NCBI GenBank assembly: GCA_043228905.1
Contig: JBHGNT010000388.1
Span: 1 to 29,473, forward strand
DNA: 29,473 bases
Source of the DNA: Azolla caroliniana
Taxonomy: Eukaryota > Plantae > Polypodiophyta
Direction of reading: 5' to 3'
Shown here: piece after piece, positions 18,900-29,473 of the stretch
Numbering within the stretch: the first letter of the stretch is position 1
Layout of the letters: each line of letters opens with the position of its first letter
The notes under the pieces: generated by a model
What the model was told of the DNA's origin: nothing
The model's database searches: none
Seen by the model: only the letters and a program-made list of their open reading frames with translations
Program-made: the position numbers and the translations under genes

Positions 18900-21235
18900 A
18901 TGATTGCAAATTACCTTAGATTTCCCTAAGGTTTCAATAGTTCCAATTGGGATGTGATGTCAAAGTTGGCCAATTCAAATTAGGGTGTCTCTCTCAAGGG
19001 TTCTACAATTGTTGTAATCTCGCATGTTTGAATATGAAACAAGTCTCTTGTTCAACATCCATATATATCCTTTAAATTGCATTATGTAGACATGGACATT
19101 GAATGGGATGGCGCAATAGATACTAGTAAATCTCGCAATTTATAATAAGTTTCGGGGAAAATGTATCCAAATTTAAATAAGTTTTTCATAATATTAAAAT
19201 GGGTTTCAACGTGGTGAGTCTGCACAGTGACAATATCCCCATGGTCTTAGTAGGCCTCACAAACATTGTCTTGATTCTCTACACCATGATTCAATTGTTG
19301 TCAAAACATAGTTGTTCAAATCCTAATACCAATGAACCCAATAATGAGGCTTATATACTTTTTAAGAGTTGTCTTGTTAGAGAATAACAATATTATCTCT
19401 TTTTATTCTTTACATAACTCACCCTTTTGAGCATGCACTCCTCCTTATCCTTACATGGGCGTTTGGTTCAACCAAAAGTTATATCAACACACATTCATAT
19501 TTGATGTTTTCTTCTCTATCATCACTTATGCATAACAAATTATCTATTTCCCTCTACCACCTTTAGTGGATATTGAACTCTTTAATCTTATTGTTCAAAT
19601 GGTTAGCTTTTAAATGTTTTCTCTACTCTTTTGTCCAAGGGTCAAATTGGCAAAATCCCAACCTATTGTAAAACTTTAGTTTTGCATGTTTTCCTCTCTA
19701 TGCACACAATTCCTACGTATGCACATGCCACATGATGACACTGCTTAGCCCTCTCCAAGATACACTTGGATCCATGAAAGCCACATTTTGTGGAAATACA
19801 TGGCTTTGATTTTGCATTGGCAATCATCTGAAGAGGGATATGATTATAATTCAATCTTATTACTTTGCGTTGTCGTGAAGATTTTCGGCTACGGTGAGAA
19901 AACCGGGAGGGACAAATAAAATGGGGATGTGCAACATTGCACATGCACTTGTAAATTTGTGTAATAAGAATAAGTAAACAAAATGTAATGGGAAGGGTAA
20001 TAATCTAAGGTGCTAAAGGTGCACCACGAAGTTCGTAGAGGCATAAATGTGATGTGCACTTTGTAGAGTAGAAGGAGTAGTGGACATTGAGAGTGAATCT
20101 GATAAGAGAGAGCGAGTTAAGGCCCACCGATTTAAGATCAAGGGAGATATTCCCCATTAAAGGAAAGGGGATTTGACTCCCTCTTGTAATGTGCTCACCC
20201 CTTACTATTATAAAAGAGAGTGATGGGTCACTTGTGAAGGGGTTGCCTATTTTGAGTGAGAGAGGTATACCACTTAGGTCGAGGGGTTCTATTCGGTTTT
20301 AGGGTTTCTTCTAGGGTTTTCTTCTTGGGTTTCTTTTAGGGTTTCTATGCTTCTTTGCTTACTTATCTGATTAGGGTTTTCTTGCAGTCGTTTTGGGTGC
20401 GGCCTTGGTTGTAATTTTTTTTTGTGAACTCTTAATATAACATGTTGATGTTTCTTGTCTTGTGGGTGTATCTTGCCTCCATCTATTCTATTCTATGTTT
20501 ATGTGCTAATCTTCCTCTTCTCCTCTTGAGTTAAGCTTCCATTTTGTGTCTTATTCATTCTCCTCTACTCCCTAATCCAAGACCCCTGTGGTCCCACCTC
20601 GGATCCTACATGTACTCGTGGAATACCGCGACAACGTTCTCAAAAAATTCATCCAAAATAATTCAATTATCCCATCTATAATGAGGAGTTATTGGTCAAT
20701 GTTTTCTTGAAGGCTCCCTCATAAAGTTATGGTTACTCATACTCATTGAAATTTAAAGTACTTTGAATTATCTAGAGTTATTAATCAATGTTGGGCCTAT
20801 TGGTATATATTACAATCTCTATAGTAAGTTGATTTTGTCATTCAATTATGACTTGGACACTTGCATGGCAAATTAGGTGCACTCTCATGTTCTTAATTAG
20901 TACCAAAAGCAAGTAAGCCCACTTTTGATCATTAGTATATTGTCTACAACTTGCAACCACCACATTGTCTTCAACTCTTCACCATAAAACATTTTTAAAT
21001 GAGACTCAAAGTTCAATAACCATGGATGAAGTGTCACATCATATTATTCAACATTTGAATACAATTTTTTTTAAAATGTAGGATGAGCTTGACTATTAAC
21101 ACATTTCCTTATATGTTTCAAATGGTTTACCATGCCTTCTTACCCTCCATGCTTGTCGTGATTCTCCTATGGTAGTACACTTTTGGGTCACTAAGATAGT
21201 TGAATTCATAACTCGTGATTCTTGGTGTCCTCCTT
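18900..21235 (+). mobile_element. Highly degraded, internally deleted Ty3/gypsy LTR retrotransposon (gag-pol remnant), interrupted by a solo LTR
   Basis: Ordered motif remnants on +: gag MDIEWDGAIDTSKSR (~19092), knuckle-like GFQRGESAQ*QYP (~19200), protease-like AFGSTKSYIN (~19460), RT end KL*FCMF...QFLR (~19670), RNase H KIHLDP*KPHFVEIHGFDFAL (~19755), SQKIHPK*FNYPIYNEELL (20638), HTH*NLKYF...INQCWAYW and GKLGALS (~20880), integrase zinc domain LYVSNG...HACRDSPMVVHFWVTKIVEFITRDSWCP (21109-21231). PR-RT-RH-INT order indicates gypsy. Confidence 0.8.
19871..20633 (+). mobile_element. Solo LTR, 763 bp, nested in the gypsy RNase H region
   Basis: Termini TGTCGTG...CGCGACA (6/7 inverted, TG...CA). 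Flanks GCGT/ACGT (4-bp TSD, one transition). TATA-like TATTATAAAAG at ~20206. Removing it plus one TSD rejoins the host frame NLITLR|SQKIHP. Confidence 0.85.
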
Positions 21236-21594
21236 GTTCAAAATGTTTAATTAATTTTGTGTGAGTGATTAAGTTGTTGAGCGAGTTTACAATTTATGTT
21301 AGTAGTAAGATTAACGTGTGGTGAGCTTTTTGTACGTTTCCATGGTTAAGTACAAGCGAAGAAGTGAAAAAGGACCATCTTCGAACATTATTTGTTATAT
21401 GTTTAAATTTTGTTTGTTTTATTTTATTTTCCATTATGTTTATCAAATAAGATTATGGGCCCTATAAATTTGTATATTTTTTTAGCACTAAATTTATGTT
21501 TTTTCAATGTCGATAAAACCTCAGATTTGTCAATAGTATGGGTACCACTATCTCTCTGCTCATGCTCGATGATGATCACATGGCTTGTTGATGA

Positions 21595-21858
21595 CCCCTC
21601 GATTCCTCCCAATCAAAACTATGTGTCTAAATGTCTCACTTCCGCTATCTCACCACACTTTTCACTTGCCACACCAATCAAATCAAAGTCTTCTTGTGTT
21701 TTTACAAAGCTTTTCCTTTGAGCATTCCCCTCGATTCCTCCCAATCAAAACTACGCGTCTAAATGTCTCACTTCCGTTGTCTCACCACACTTTTCACTTG
21801 CCACACCAATCAAATCAAAGTCTTCTTGTGTTTTTACAAAGCTTTTCCTTTGAGCATT
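21595..21858. repeat. Young 132-bp tandem duplication (128/132 identical)
   Basis: Copies 21595-21726 and 21727-21858 differ at four positions. Visible as a duplicated peptide in ORF 21585..22055. Confidence 0.95.
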
Positions 21859-22148
21859 CCTTCATTCCAATTCACCCCACCCCAACCCCCACTCCCGCCT
21901 CACATCCTTTGACCTACTTCACCCCATATGTCTTCTCCAACCTCATTTGGCACACACCCCTCCAATGTGTATTACGTTTGACATCTCCATTGTTCTTAAG
22001 TAGCTCTCCTCCTCACGCGTGCCATTGGCATTACACACCTTATATCCAATCATAGTTATACAATTCTTAGCATACAATATTCAAATGATACACATGGTAA
22101 GTATTTTAAAATTATTCCACCTTTTTAAAAGAAAACATAAAATACATA

Positions 22149-22395
22149 ATCTACCTCATGATTACCCATCCAAATCTAAGCTATGCAGTGGGACTTGTGA
22201 GTGAGTTCATGTAGAACCCTCGAAGCTTTGTCTACATTGTGTCAGAAGGATCCTAAGGCATGTTAAGTCCACAATGGACTTTGGAGCTTGGCAAGGTGCA
22301 TTTACGCGAGTTGGGTTGAGCGGGTACATCAACGCTGATTGGGCAAGAAGCACTACAAATAGAAGATGTACTAGCGGATACATGTTATCGCTAGA
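22149..22395 (+). mobile_element. Ty1/copia RT-RNase H junction fragment
   Basis: Reads IYLMITHPNLSYAVGLVSEFM*NPR / LHCVRRILRHVKSTMDFG / GYINADWARSTTNRRCTSGYMLSL. This matches copia YL..TRPD.SYAV..VSQFM and GY.DADWAG...RRSTSGY. Confidence 0.9.
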
Positions 22396-22433
22396 TCCGA
22401 GAAGCTTTGGTGTGTGCTACTCGTTCATGGCAT

Positions 22434-22552
22434 AAAACCTCAAACTAAGATATACTTTGTGCCTACTATGGTAGCATTTGATGAATTTGAATCAAACCTC
22501 AAACAAAGAAATACTTCGTCACTATTAGGGTAATGTTTAATGATTTTGAATG
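22434..22552. repeat. Degenerate ~59-bp tandem duplication
   Basis: AAACCTCAAAC(T/A)AAGA(T/A)ATACTT...TTT(G/A)ATGA(A/T)TTTGAAT occurs twice. Confidence 0.7.
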
Positions 22553-22940
22553 ATGCTTTCTAGTCACACAAACTTTTAGTATGACAAAGTATATTCAAGG
22601 ATAAAAGTGGTTGCTCTTGAACATATGTGTTTAGATATCAAGCTCAACTATATAGTTAGTTAGTTAGTTAACCACGTAACTAATAATTACCTATATAAAA
22701 TCTACTTAGAAGTGTTGATTATAACACCTTAAATAGGACCTTGTACTTAAGTGGGATAGTCTAGATCCTCCACTCCCAAGTACATTTAATATAGGGCTTA
22801 CACCCTTGTACCTATATTCTCCTCACACATGAAATCTATATATATCTCAATGTTAATATTTTTGTATTTGATGATGATGATAATAATTTGATATATAGTT
22901 AATCATCCCCATCTTGTCTCGTTGTTCATAGTGTTAACTT

Positions 22941-22986
22941 CCTCTCTCTCTCTCTCTCTCTTCCTCTCACACACATACACACACAT
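22941..22986. repeat. (CT)n/(CA)n compound microsatellite
   Basis: Read directly. Confidence 0.85.
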
Positions 22987-24066
22987 AACTTACTGACATA
23001 ATTAGGTACTAAATAACCCTTTTTTAACTACCTAATTCTTAACAATATGCATGTCGATTCCTTGAATTTGATTTTTGAAACTGAGGTAAATTCTCCCATC
23101 CCCTAAAAAGCATATATATCCTCTTTGTAAATATGTTTCATCTAGAAAATGTTCTCCAACCCATAATGTTTTCTAATAAGTCTACATAGTAGTATTAGCA
23201 ATCAAATTTTTTTTTCTAAGTTATTATCTAATGAGAATTGGAAACAAGATGAAGGTTGAGATGTATGTTTTGGAGAATACATATTACTTCTTGGTAAGAA
23301 ATTAGAGAATGTACTAAAAATCAATTATATCTTGGCAAACCAGCTACCACGCCAATTTGCCCAAAACGCAATTGAGAGAACATGGAATGACATGGTGAAG
23401 CAAAAAGTAAACTATGGTAGTAAGATCAAAATGCTGAAGCTGAATTTTGACCAGGCACTGGGAATATGTGAACTTTAGTGGATAAAAATGATATTTTAAG
23501 GCTTTAAGACAAAATGTGAAAGAACTATGTGGCTATATCGCGAAAAGAAATAGGCAACCAGCATAGCTCACAATTCAGAACAGAATGATAGCATGAAACA
23601 CAGAGGTGGACAGATATTTCATCAAGGAGGGGGATAGTGCCCTTGCAACAATGAGCAGATATTCACACTCCAGGATTAAGCAATCCAAAATTCCAAAAAA
23701 TTCTATCTGAGCTCAGAATGGCAAACACATATCCAGCTTGAGGAATGTTGAAGCAAATAAAACATCATAAGCAAAAAATAAGGTAAGTAAATGAAGGAGA
23801 GATGGACAGCTTCAACTACACATTTTAGGAAAAATGAGCCAGATATTTCCTGATCCTCTGTTCTTCTATAGAAACAATAGATACACAACTACACCTTTTA
23901 ATGTTGTCCAATACATAGTCATCTGGCAAAGTTGAATGACCCCATATTGATATTATTTTAATGTTGAAGAAAAATCTACCAACTAGGGTTAAATGAGAGA
24001 ATTCATTGCTTGAATTCAGTAAAATGTAAATCTATTTGCAAAAATGTACTCCACAATCTTACCACA

Positions 24067-24068
<2 letters not shown>

Positions 24069-24115
<47 letters not shown>
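24069..24115. repeat. (AG)~23 perfect microsatellite, likely in the eIF2B-delta 3' UTR
   Basis: Uninterrupted AG run about 140 nt downstream of the stop codon at 24257. Confidence 0.95.
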
Positions 24116-24118
<3 letters not shown>

Positions 24119-24256
24119 ATCGATTGCCAATAACAGAGTTCCAAAAATAAAACCAAATTGTGACTCCTCCATGTTGATGCCTTCTTTCCCTATCTAAGGC
24201 ATCAAAAACTATAGCCGATTTCAGGTGCCTAAAAACTTCAGGAAACACATTCAAAC

Positions 24257-27200
24257 TCACATTATAGGTCCTTTCCTGTATTCTCTTAGTATCACTGGAA
24301 CACTAGTGGGAGGGACCTAAATATGAAAACCAAATGTTAGAAATAACATAATCTACAAAAGACTTTCGCATTAGATATGCAATAGGAAGTACTAACCATT
24401 CCCAATTCAGTTACAATCATTGAAACATAATCTGCTGGCATCGTATCATAACTGGACAGAGGAAACATTAATCAATGAATGATAAAAAGAAAAATATGCA
24501 AGAGTTTTGAAAACCATGTGGCTATATTTTGCAATCAAGATATTTGAAAGATTCTGTCAACTTCTAAATAGAATTGTTTTAGAATTAACTAGCAATAAAT
24601 TGCCCCAAATTATGGTAAGCCTGACGGATATTAACCCAATAATGGTATACTTTTTAGGATTTCATAAACATATTAACTTTGACAGTTATTTAAATATTTC
24701 TAAGCTTTATATATATCTATATCTATATATAAATATAAATAAATAAACAAACAAACAAATAAACAAACAAACAAATAAATAAATATAAGGATTTAGCTTT
24801 CTCAAGCATTTACGTGAGGTTCAAGAGCTGAAGATGAGAACTTTGAGACCAGCCACTTAGATCATTCAAGTCTTTCCGTCCTGGAACACTGACTAGGGCA
24901 TCAGGATCACCTGCAAACGTTAATTCTTCAGGAAAACTATGCTTTATCTGATTTTAGAGGCTAAATAGATGAACCATTCAAGTTCACATACCCAATTCAT
25001 TAGAGCATATTGAATCCAACTGTACCCTCTCATGGAATTTGTATGTCTCACAGCAGATTATGACAGGAACAAGGAATGCATGTGCCACCATTCCCACACA
25101 AGCAGAGCCAACTCTTGAATACACAGTTCCATTAGACAATATGGATGATGCTCCAAGAAATACTTTAGTAGCCTCTTGCATCACATACGAAATGGCATTG
25201 ATGTGTGTGTAAGTACAGCTGATACCACTGGCAAGTAACCTTCTTAGTAGCCTTTTACCTTCTAGCTTTGGCCGTGAATCTACGATAACCACTCTGAACA
25301 TTCGTCCTAGTTCAAATGCATGAAGTAGAATTGACTCTACTACACATGAATAACTATATGTGAGAATCACATCCCCATCTCTTATTTTGGTCACTGCATG
25401 CCTTGTTATCTCCTTATCGGCAAATGTAATCTTTTCGTGAATGAAATGATCTATGTCCGAGATAAGCTGAGATTTGGACTCCGATTCAGATAGACTGATT
25501 GGTAGCTTAGCTATACGTGTCTTAAGAAACTTGATGGCATTTCCCATGCTTATAGATAGTGGCCTACATGTAGTGAGAAATGAGACATTGCTGTTAATCT
25601 TAATTGTTAAATCACGTACCAAGGTTTTTTCTTTGGGTGTAGAATAGTTTTTTATCATCCCACGGAAAGCTAATAGCATAGCCACACAGCGGGCATTGCC
25701 ACCAACAATGTCCCCAGTTACATATTGCAATCCCACCTACAACACACATCTACCAATCAACTCAAAAACCACTCATCTCATATAGACACAATATTTCAGA
25801 AGCACCTCAAAATGAAATCATTATTATAACCACCTGGTAAATGGCAGGATGTGGATGCGCAGCATCATCATGAAAAAATTTTGCTTCTAAATTAGGCAGT
25901 TGTGTCCCATGAACAAACTGAGGAAGGTGTCGGAAAAGTTCTACTCTATTTTTTGTTTCGGTTTGCTCAAACAAAGCTCTTTTCTTTGCCTTGGCAACTC
26001 TATGCTCATCATCAAATTGCATTCGGGGGGCTGGGATCTCCTTTCTTTTGTCTTTCTCTGGTGGTTTCTCTGTTGATGAAATAAGCTTTTTCTCTACATT
26101 TGGCTCTTTTTTTTGACTCTGTGTTTTGGATGACTTCCCAGCATTCCCTTGTTCATTTTCAGCTACTTGAATTTCAACTGCAAATGGCCATTGAAATGGG
26201 GATTATTTATATAGCTTTAGCATAAGGCTCAATTAGCATAAGATTCAAAGGCATTCTGTACCTCAAATGATTAGATGGTACTTTTCTTCATGTTTTTCAA
26301 TAATTCAAAGAAAGTTATCAATAAATATGCACTCTGTTCATCATTCTATTTAACAATGTCTTTTTAACGAAACACATTGGCAAAGAACAAATTTTGCTTT
26401 ACTACACATAAATCTAAAGAGAATCAATCAACCCAATTTTCACTGGATTCAAAATTTAATGCATGCTAACGTGACATTTGAATAATATTTAACCATTTGT
26501 ATGCTCATTACATTATCATTTGAATAATATTTAACCATTTTTATATGTCTACTTCTTATAATATGTACCTACCTTCAAAATTTAAGGCCTAGAAGACTAC
26601 CTTATCATTATTAGTAGCAAATTTATCTCAAAATGGACCCTTTAAAAGAAATAACCACTCATGAAAACTTGTTCAAGCTTTAGGTATATTCAAAAGGTCA
26701 TCTATAATTTATATTTTATGGTGGAAGTGAACGATTGCAAAAAGTTCAAGTCTCTACAATGTTTAGTATATTCAAAATATAAGCACTCTAACAAGCTTAC
26801 ATAGGGTCTAGAGTCTGAGAACATTCTCAAGAGCCTAGGATTTACAATCTAGAACATTCTTATATTGCACACATTTTTGTTTTTCATCTGAAAAAGCAAT
26901 AAATACATGACCATTATATACTTTATAATTTAATCCTCGTTTTATTGTTAGAACAAAATAATTTAAGATATTCCTTGAAAGTGTAACAAAGTCAAAAGTC
27001 AAATTGTAATAATACTAGAAAAACCAATCATCCATAAGCCTTTATAAGCAATCTAAACTAAAGCTCATTCACTACAGGTGATAAAGTTTTAAGAAAATAG
27101 AAGGATCAAGTGGAAACAGCTACCAAAAAGCATGTCCTATTACAAAGGATCGTAAAAAGAGTTTTCTATGAATCTTGGCTTCCAAGAATACTCAACCATG

Positions 27201-27427
27201 CTCTAGCCGGTTATTTCTTTAAAATTATAACACAAAAATATTTCCAGCCATTCTCTAATTAACAACATTTTAAAGATTTAGAAAACATAAACCAACTGTT
27301 AACAGAGTAAATAATTTCCAACCACTCTCTCGAGCTGCTCTTTTTGCCTCCCGATCAGCCTCCTGCTTTGCTCGCCGTTCAGCTTTCGTTGTCCTCTCTT
27401 TTAATGGTTTCATGCTTGCCTGTTGAT
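24257..27427 (-). CDS. EIF2B4: Translation initiation factor eIF-2B subunit delta, 3' six exons (5'-partial, ~468 codons visible)
   Basis: Exons (minus): 27323-27427, 25834-26177, 24992-25736, 24814-24910, 24397-24451, 24257-24316; all GT-AG and in phase. Motifs TTKAERRAKQEADR, RVELFRHLPQ, HPAIYQVGLQY..GDIVGGNARCVAML, CRPLSISMGNAIKFLK, VVIVDSRPKLEG, CETYKFHERVQLDSICSNELGDPD, MIVTELGMVPPTSVPVILREY. Confidence 0.95.
24706..24786. repeat. AT-rich (TA)/(AAAT)/(AAAC) simple repeats in an eIF2B-delta intron
   Basis: TATATATATCTATATCTATATATAAATATAAATAAATAAACAAACAAACAAATAAAC... read directly. Confidence 0.8.
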
Positions 27428-28319
27428 CTGAAAATTATAATAGTCTCTCTTTTCCTTTTATTAATAACACTATAGTATTATACACTACAAATAGATACAC
27501 AAACAATTATGACACCATAACCACTGCAGGATTCCCCATGGACTATCCCCACAAGAAACAAGGAAATATAAAATAGTCCAGCTGCAATGGGACGTACATC
27601 ATGTGATCAATTATAAGATAACATTGAAAGAGGAAGTAACAGATACAATGACATGGGATGTGAGTGAAAGGAAGTTTGTATGCACAACGATGTCATGGGC
27701 CAATGTATGTGGTGGTGACATGATCTCTAACTCACCTTTTATGCATATGATGAGTAAAGGAAAGAATGTAGAAAGTATATGTTCCCAAGAATTGAAAGAA
27801 TGCTAATGACAATTGAAGAACAATGCCTTCTGCATGATCAAGGATATATAAATTAACGCCTTTTACAAAATGGTATATAAGACTAAACAAGAAATTACAT
27901 CTTGAAATGTTGCCTTATCTTTGAGAACAGCAAACCAAAATAACTTAACTAAGTAGAAAAAATTTCACTAAAGAAGAGAATGTCAATAAAGAATCTTGCC
28001 ATATATAAAAGTAAGATTCTCTAAGTCCGATAAAAATGTTCTCTAGCATAGGTCGATCTAGAATGGAGAATACACATTATGGCGGCATTTTGGATGTGAA
28101 TGTGTATGCCACACCAAGTAGGAAACAAGGCGTTGCTCATTCAAGAGAAAAGCCTATACTATGCACAATGGCTAACAATACAAAGATGAGGATCATACTT
28201 GAAAATAGTTAGGTGTACCTCATAGGTACATAATGCTTTGTGAGTGAAGATCATACAATTTCACAAAAAATACCTGTCAAAAAGCAACGAATTGAAGTAT
28301 GAATTGGTGTACAAATGCT

Positions 28320-29473
28320 TACAAGGAGTATAAATTGGATTAAAACTTTACATAAAGTTGGAGATGTAAATAATGTGAAGAACTATCGCACATTATGGTT
28401 GACTCACTTATGATGGAGCATTTGGATGTTTATTGGAAAGGAATCAAAGATAAGTGCATGTGTTGAAGAAATTGGTAATGGGGCTTATGGACAAGTTGTC
28501 TTTCCCAAACACAATAGCATCACCTATCATCTTGTCACCCGTCGAGCATTAATGGAAGAAATTCACTTGAGAGGGAGGATTTATAATGTTGCTTCGTAGA
28601 CTTCAAGAAAGCTTGTACCTTGTGAGCATCTTCGGAGCCAAGCTGGAAGAACTCAAGGTAGCAAGTGAATATATGCTTGCAATTTCTTGAATCTGTGAGA
28701 AGGTAATATGTCATGTAGGTATGGGCGAGGGAATTTCAGATTTTTTCAATAGTGCTATTGGTGTTAGAGTGAATGATGGATTACAGGAAATGATTGTCAA
28801 GTTTGTAAAGGAAGAAGGCATTGAAGAAGTTGTCATTGGGAATGTAGTCATCATGGTTTTGTTGTATGTAGATGATGTGGTACCTTTTGCAATTACTTTA
28901 GGAGATGTGCAGAAGCATATAATGGCATTGAGGAGTTTTGCACGCATATTAAGTTGTGTTAATATTTCTCAAATGAAGGTTATGCTTATAAAGAGCCAAA
29001 ATAAGGATAAACTATGTATTTTGTAAAATGATGTGCCACTTGAAACTATAGAAAGTTTTAAATACCTTGTCCTTGAAGTGCCCTCAATCATAGATTGAAT
29101 CAATGTGGTACTCTATGTTTACAAGGTGGGAAAGAGACCCTATCATACATTTGAGAACATAGGCAATATAAAGAAATCAACTGTTGGGTCCTCATGAAGT
29201 ACCTTTTCAAGACATTGGTGACAACACAACTTCTCTATGTGGTGGAAGTATGGGGCCATAGCATTCCTAAGTCTGCTTGGAAAGAGTTCGAAAATGTCCA
29301 AAAGTGTTTTCTTAAATAGTTTCTCCAAACCAAGAGACTAACGCCATACACCTCCTACTTCTCAAGATGGCATCATTTCAAATTGAGATCATGACCATTG
29401 AACGAGTTGTTCAATGCATGCTTAATGTTTAAAAACGCCATACACCCTCTTACCTCTCAAGATGGGATCACTT
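28320..29473 (+). mobile_element. Degraded LINE reverse transcriptase, probably within a long eIF2B-delta intron (antisense)
   Basis: Frameshifted and stop-interrupted motifs in order: NWIKTLHKVGDVNNVKNYRT, GAYGQVVF, CCFVDFKKA, FFNSAIGV, LLYVDDVV (RT catalytic Y.DD), ETIESFKYL and LLYVVEVWG. Confidence 0.9.

Noticed and set aside
19667-20610. Alternative solo-LTR boundaries TGTAAAAC...GGATCCTACA
   Set aside because: No TSD, and 19667-19870 encodes host gypsy RT/RNase H motifs. Boundaries 19871-20633 fit better.
21585-22055. 156-aa ORF with an internal 44-aa repeat
   Set aside because: Explained by the 132-bp duplication (a multiple of 3); non-ATG start, no domain, TE-rich context.
22600-22850. 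Possible copia LTR remnant downstream of the RT fragment
   Set aside because: No matching termini, PPT or TSD could be identified.

Overview
Eukaryotic, AT-rich land-plant nuclear DNA. It is possibly from a non-seed plant such as a fern, but that is only inferred from the TE types. It holds three protein-coding genes. (1) A small two-exon gene of unknown function on + (447-1817). (2) A complete TOPLESS/TOPLESS-RELATED corepressor gene on - (ATG 13647, stop 4153) with 25 coding exons; my manual splicing gives 3405 nt / 1134 aa with all introns GT-AG and in phase. (3) The last six exons of an eIF2B delta-subunit gene on - (24257-27427; its 5' end lies beyond the window). The ~8.5 kb between TPL and eIF2B-delta is mostly decayed TEs: a 536-bp non-autonomous hAT-type element (25-bp TIRs, 8-bp TSD) just upstream of TPL, an L1-type remnant, a heavily deleted Ty3/gypsy element split in its RNase H by a 763-bp solo LTR, and a Ty1/copia fragment. 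LINE RT fragments sit in introns of both large genes, and short tandem duplications are scattered throughout. I found no convincing wholly new biological system. The best leads are gene-regulatory: a duplicated splice acceptor in TPL intron 6 that could yield a WD40-less TPL isoform, a ~31-bp palindromic minisatellite in the TPL leader intron, and the hAT element at the TPL promoter. All coordinates were read by eye and may be off by a few bases. Family assignments rest on remembered motifs, not database searches.
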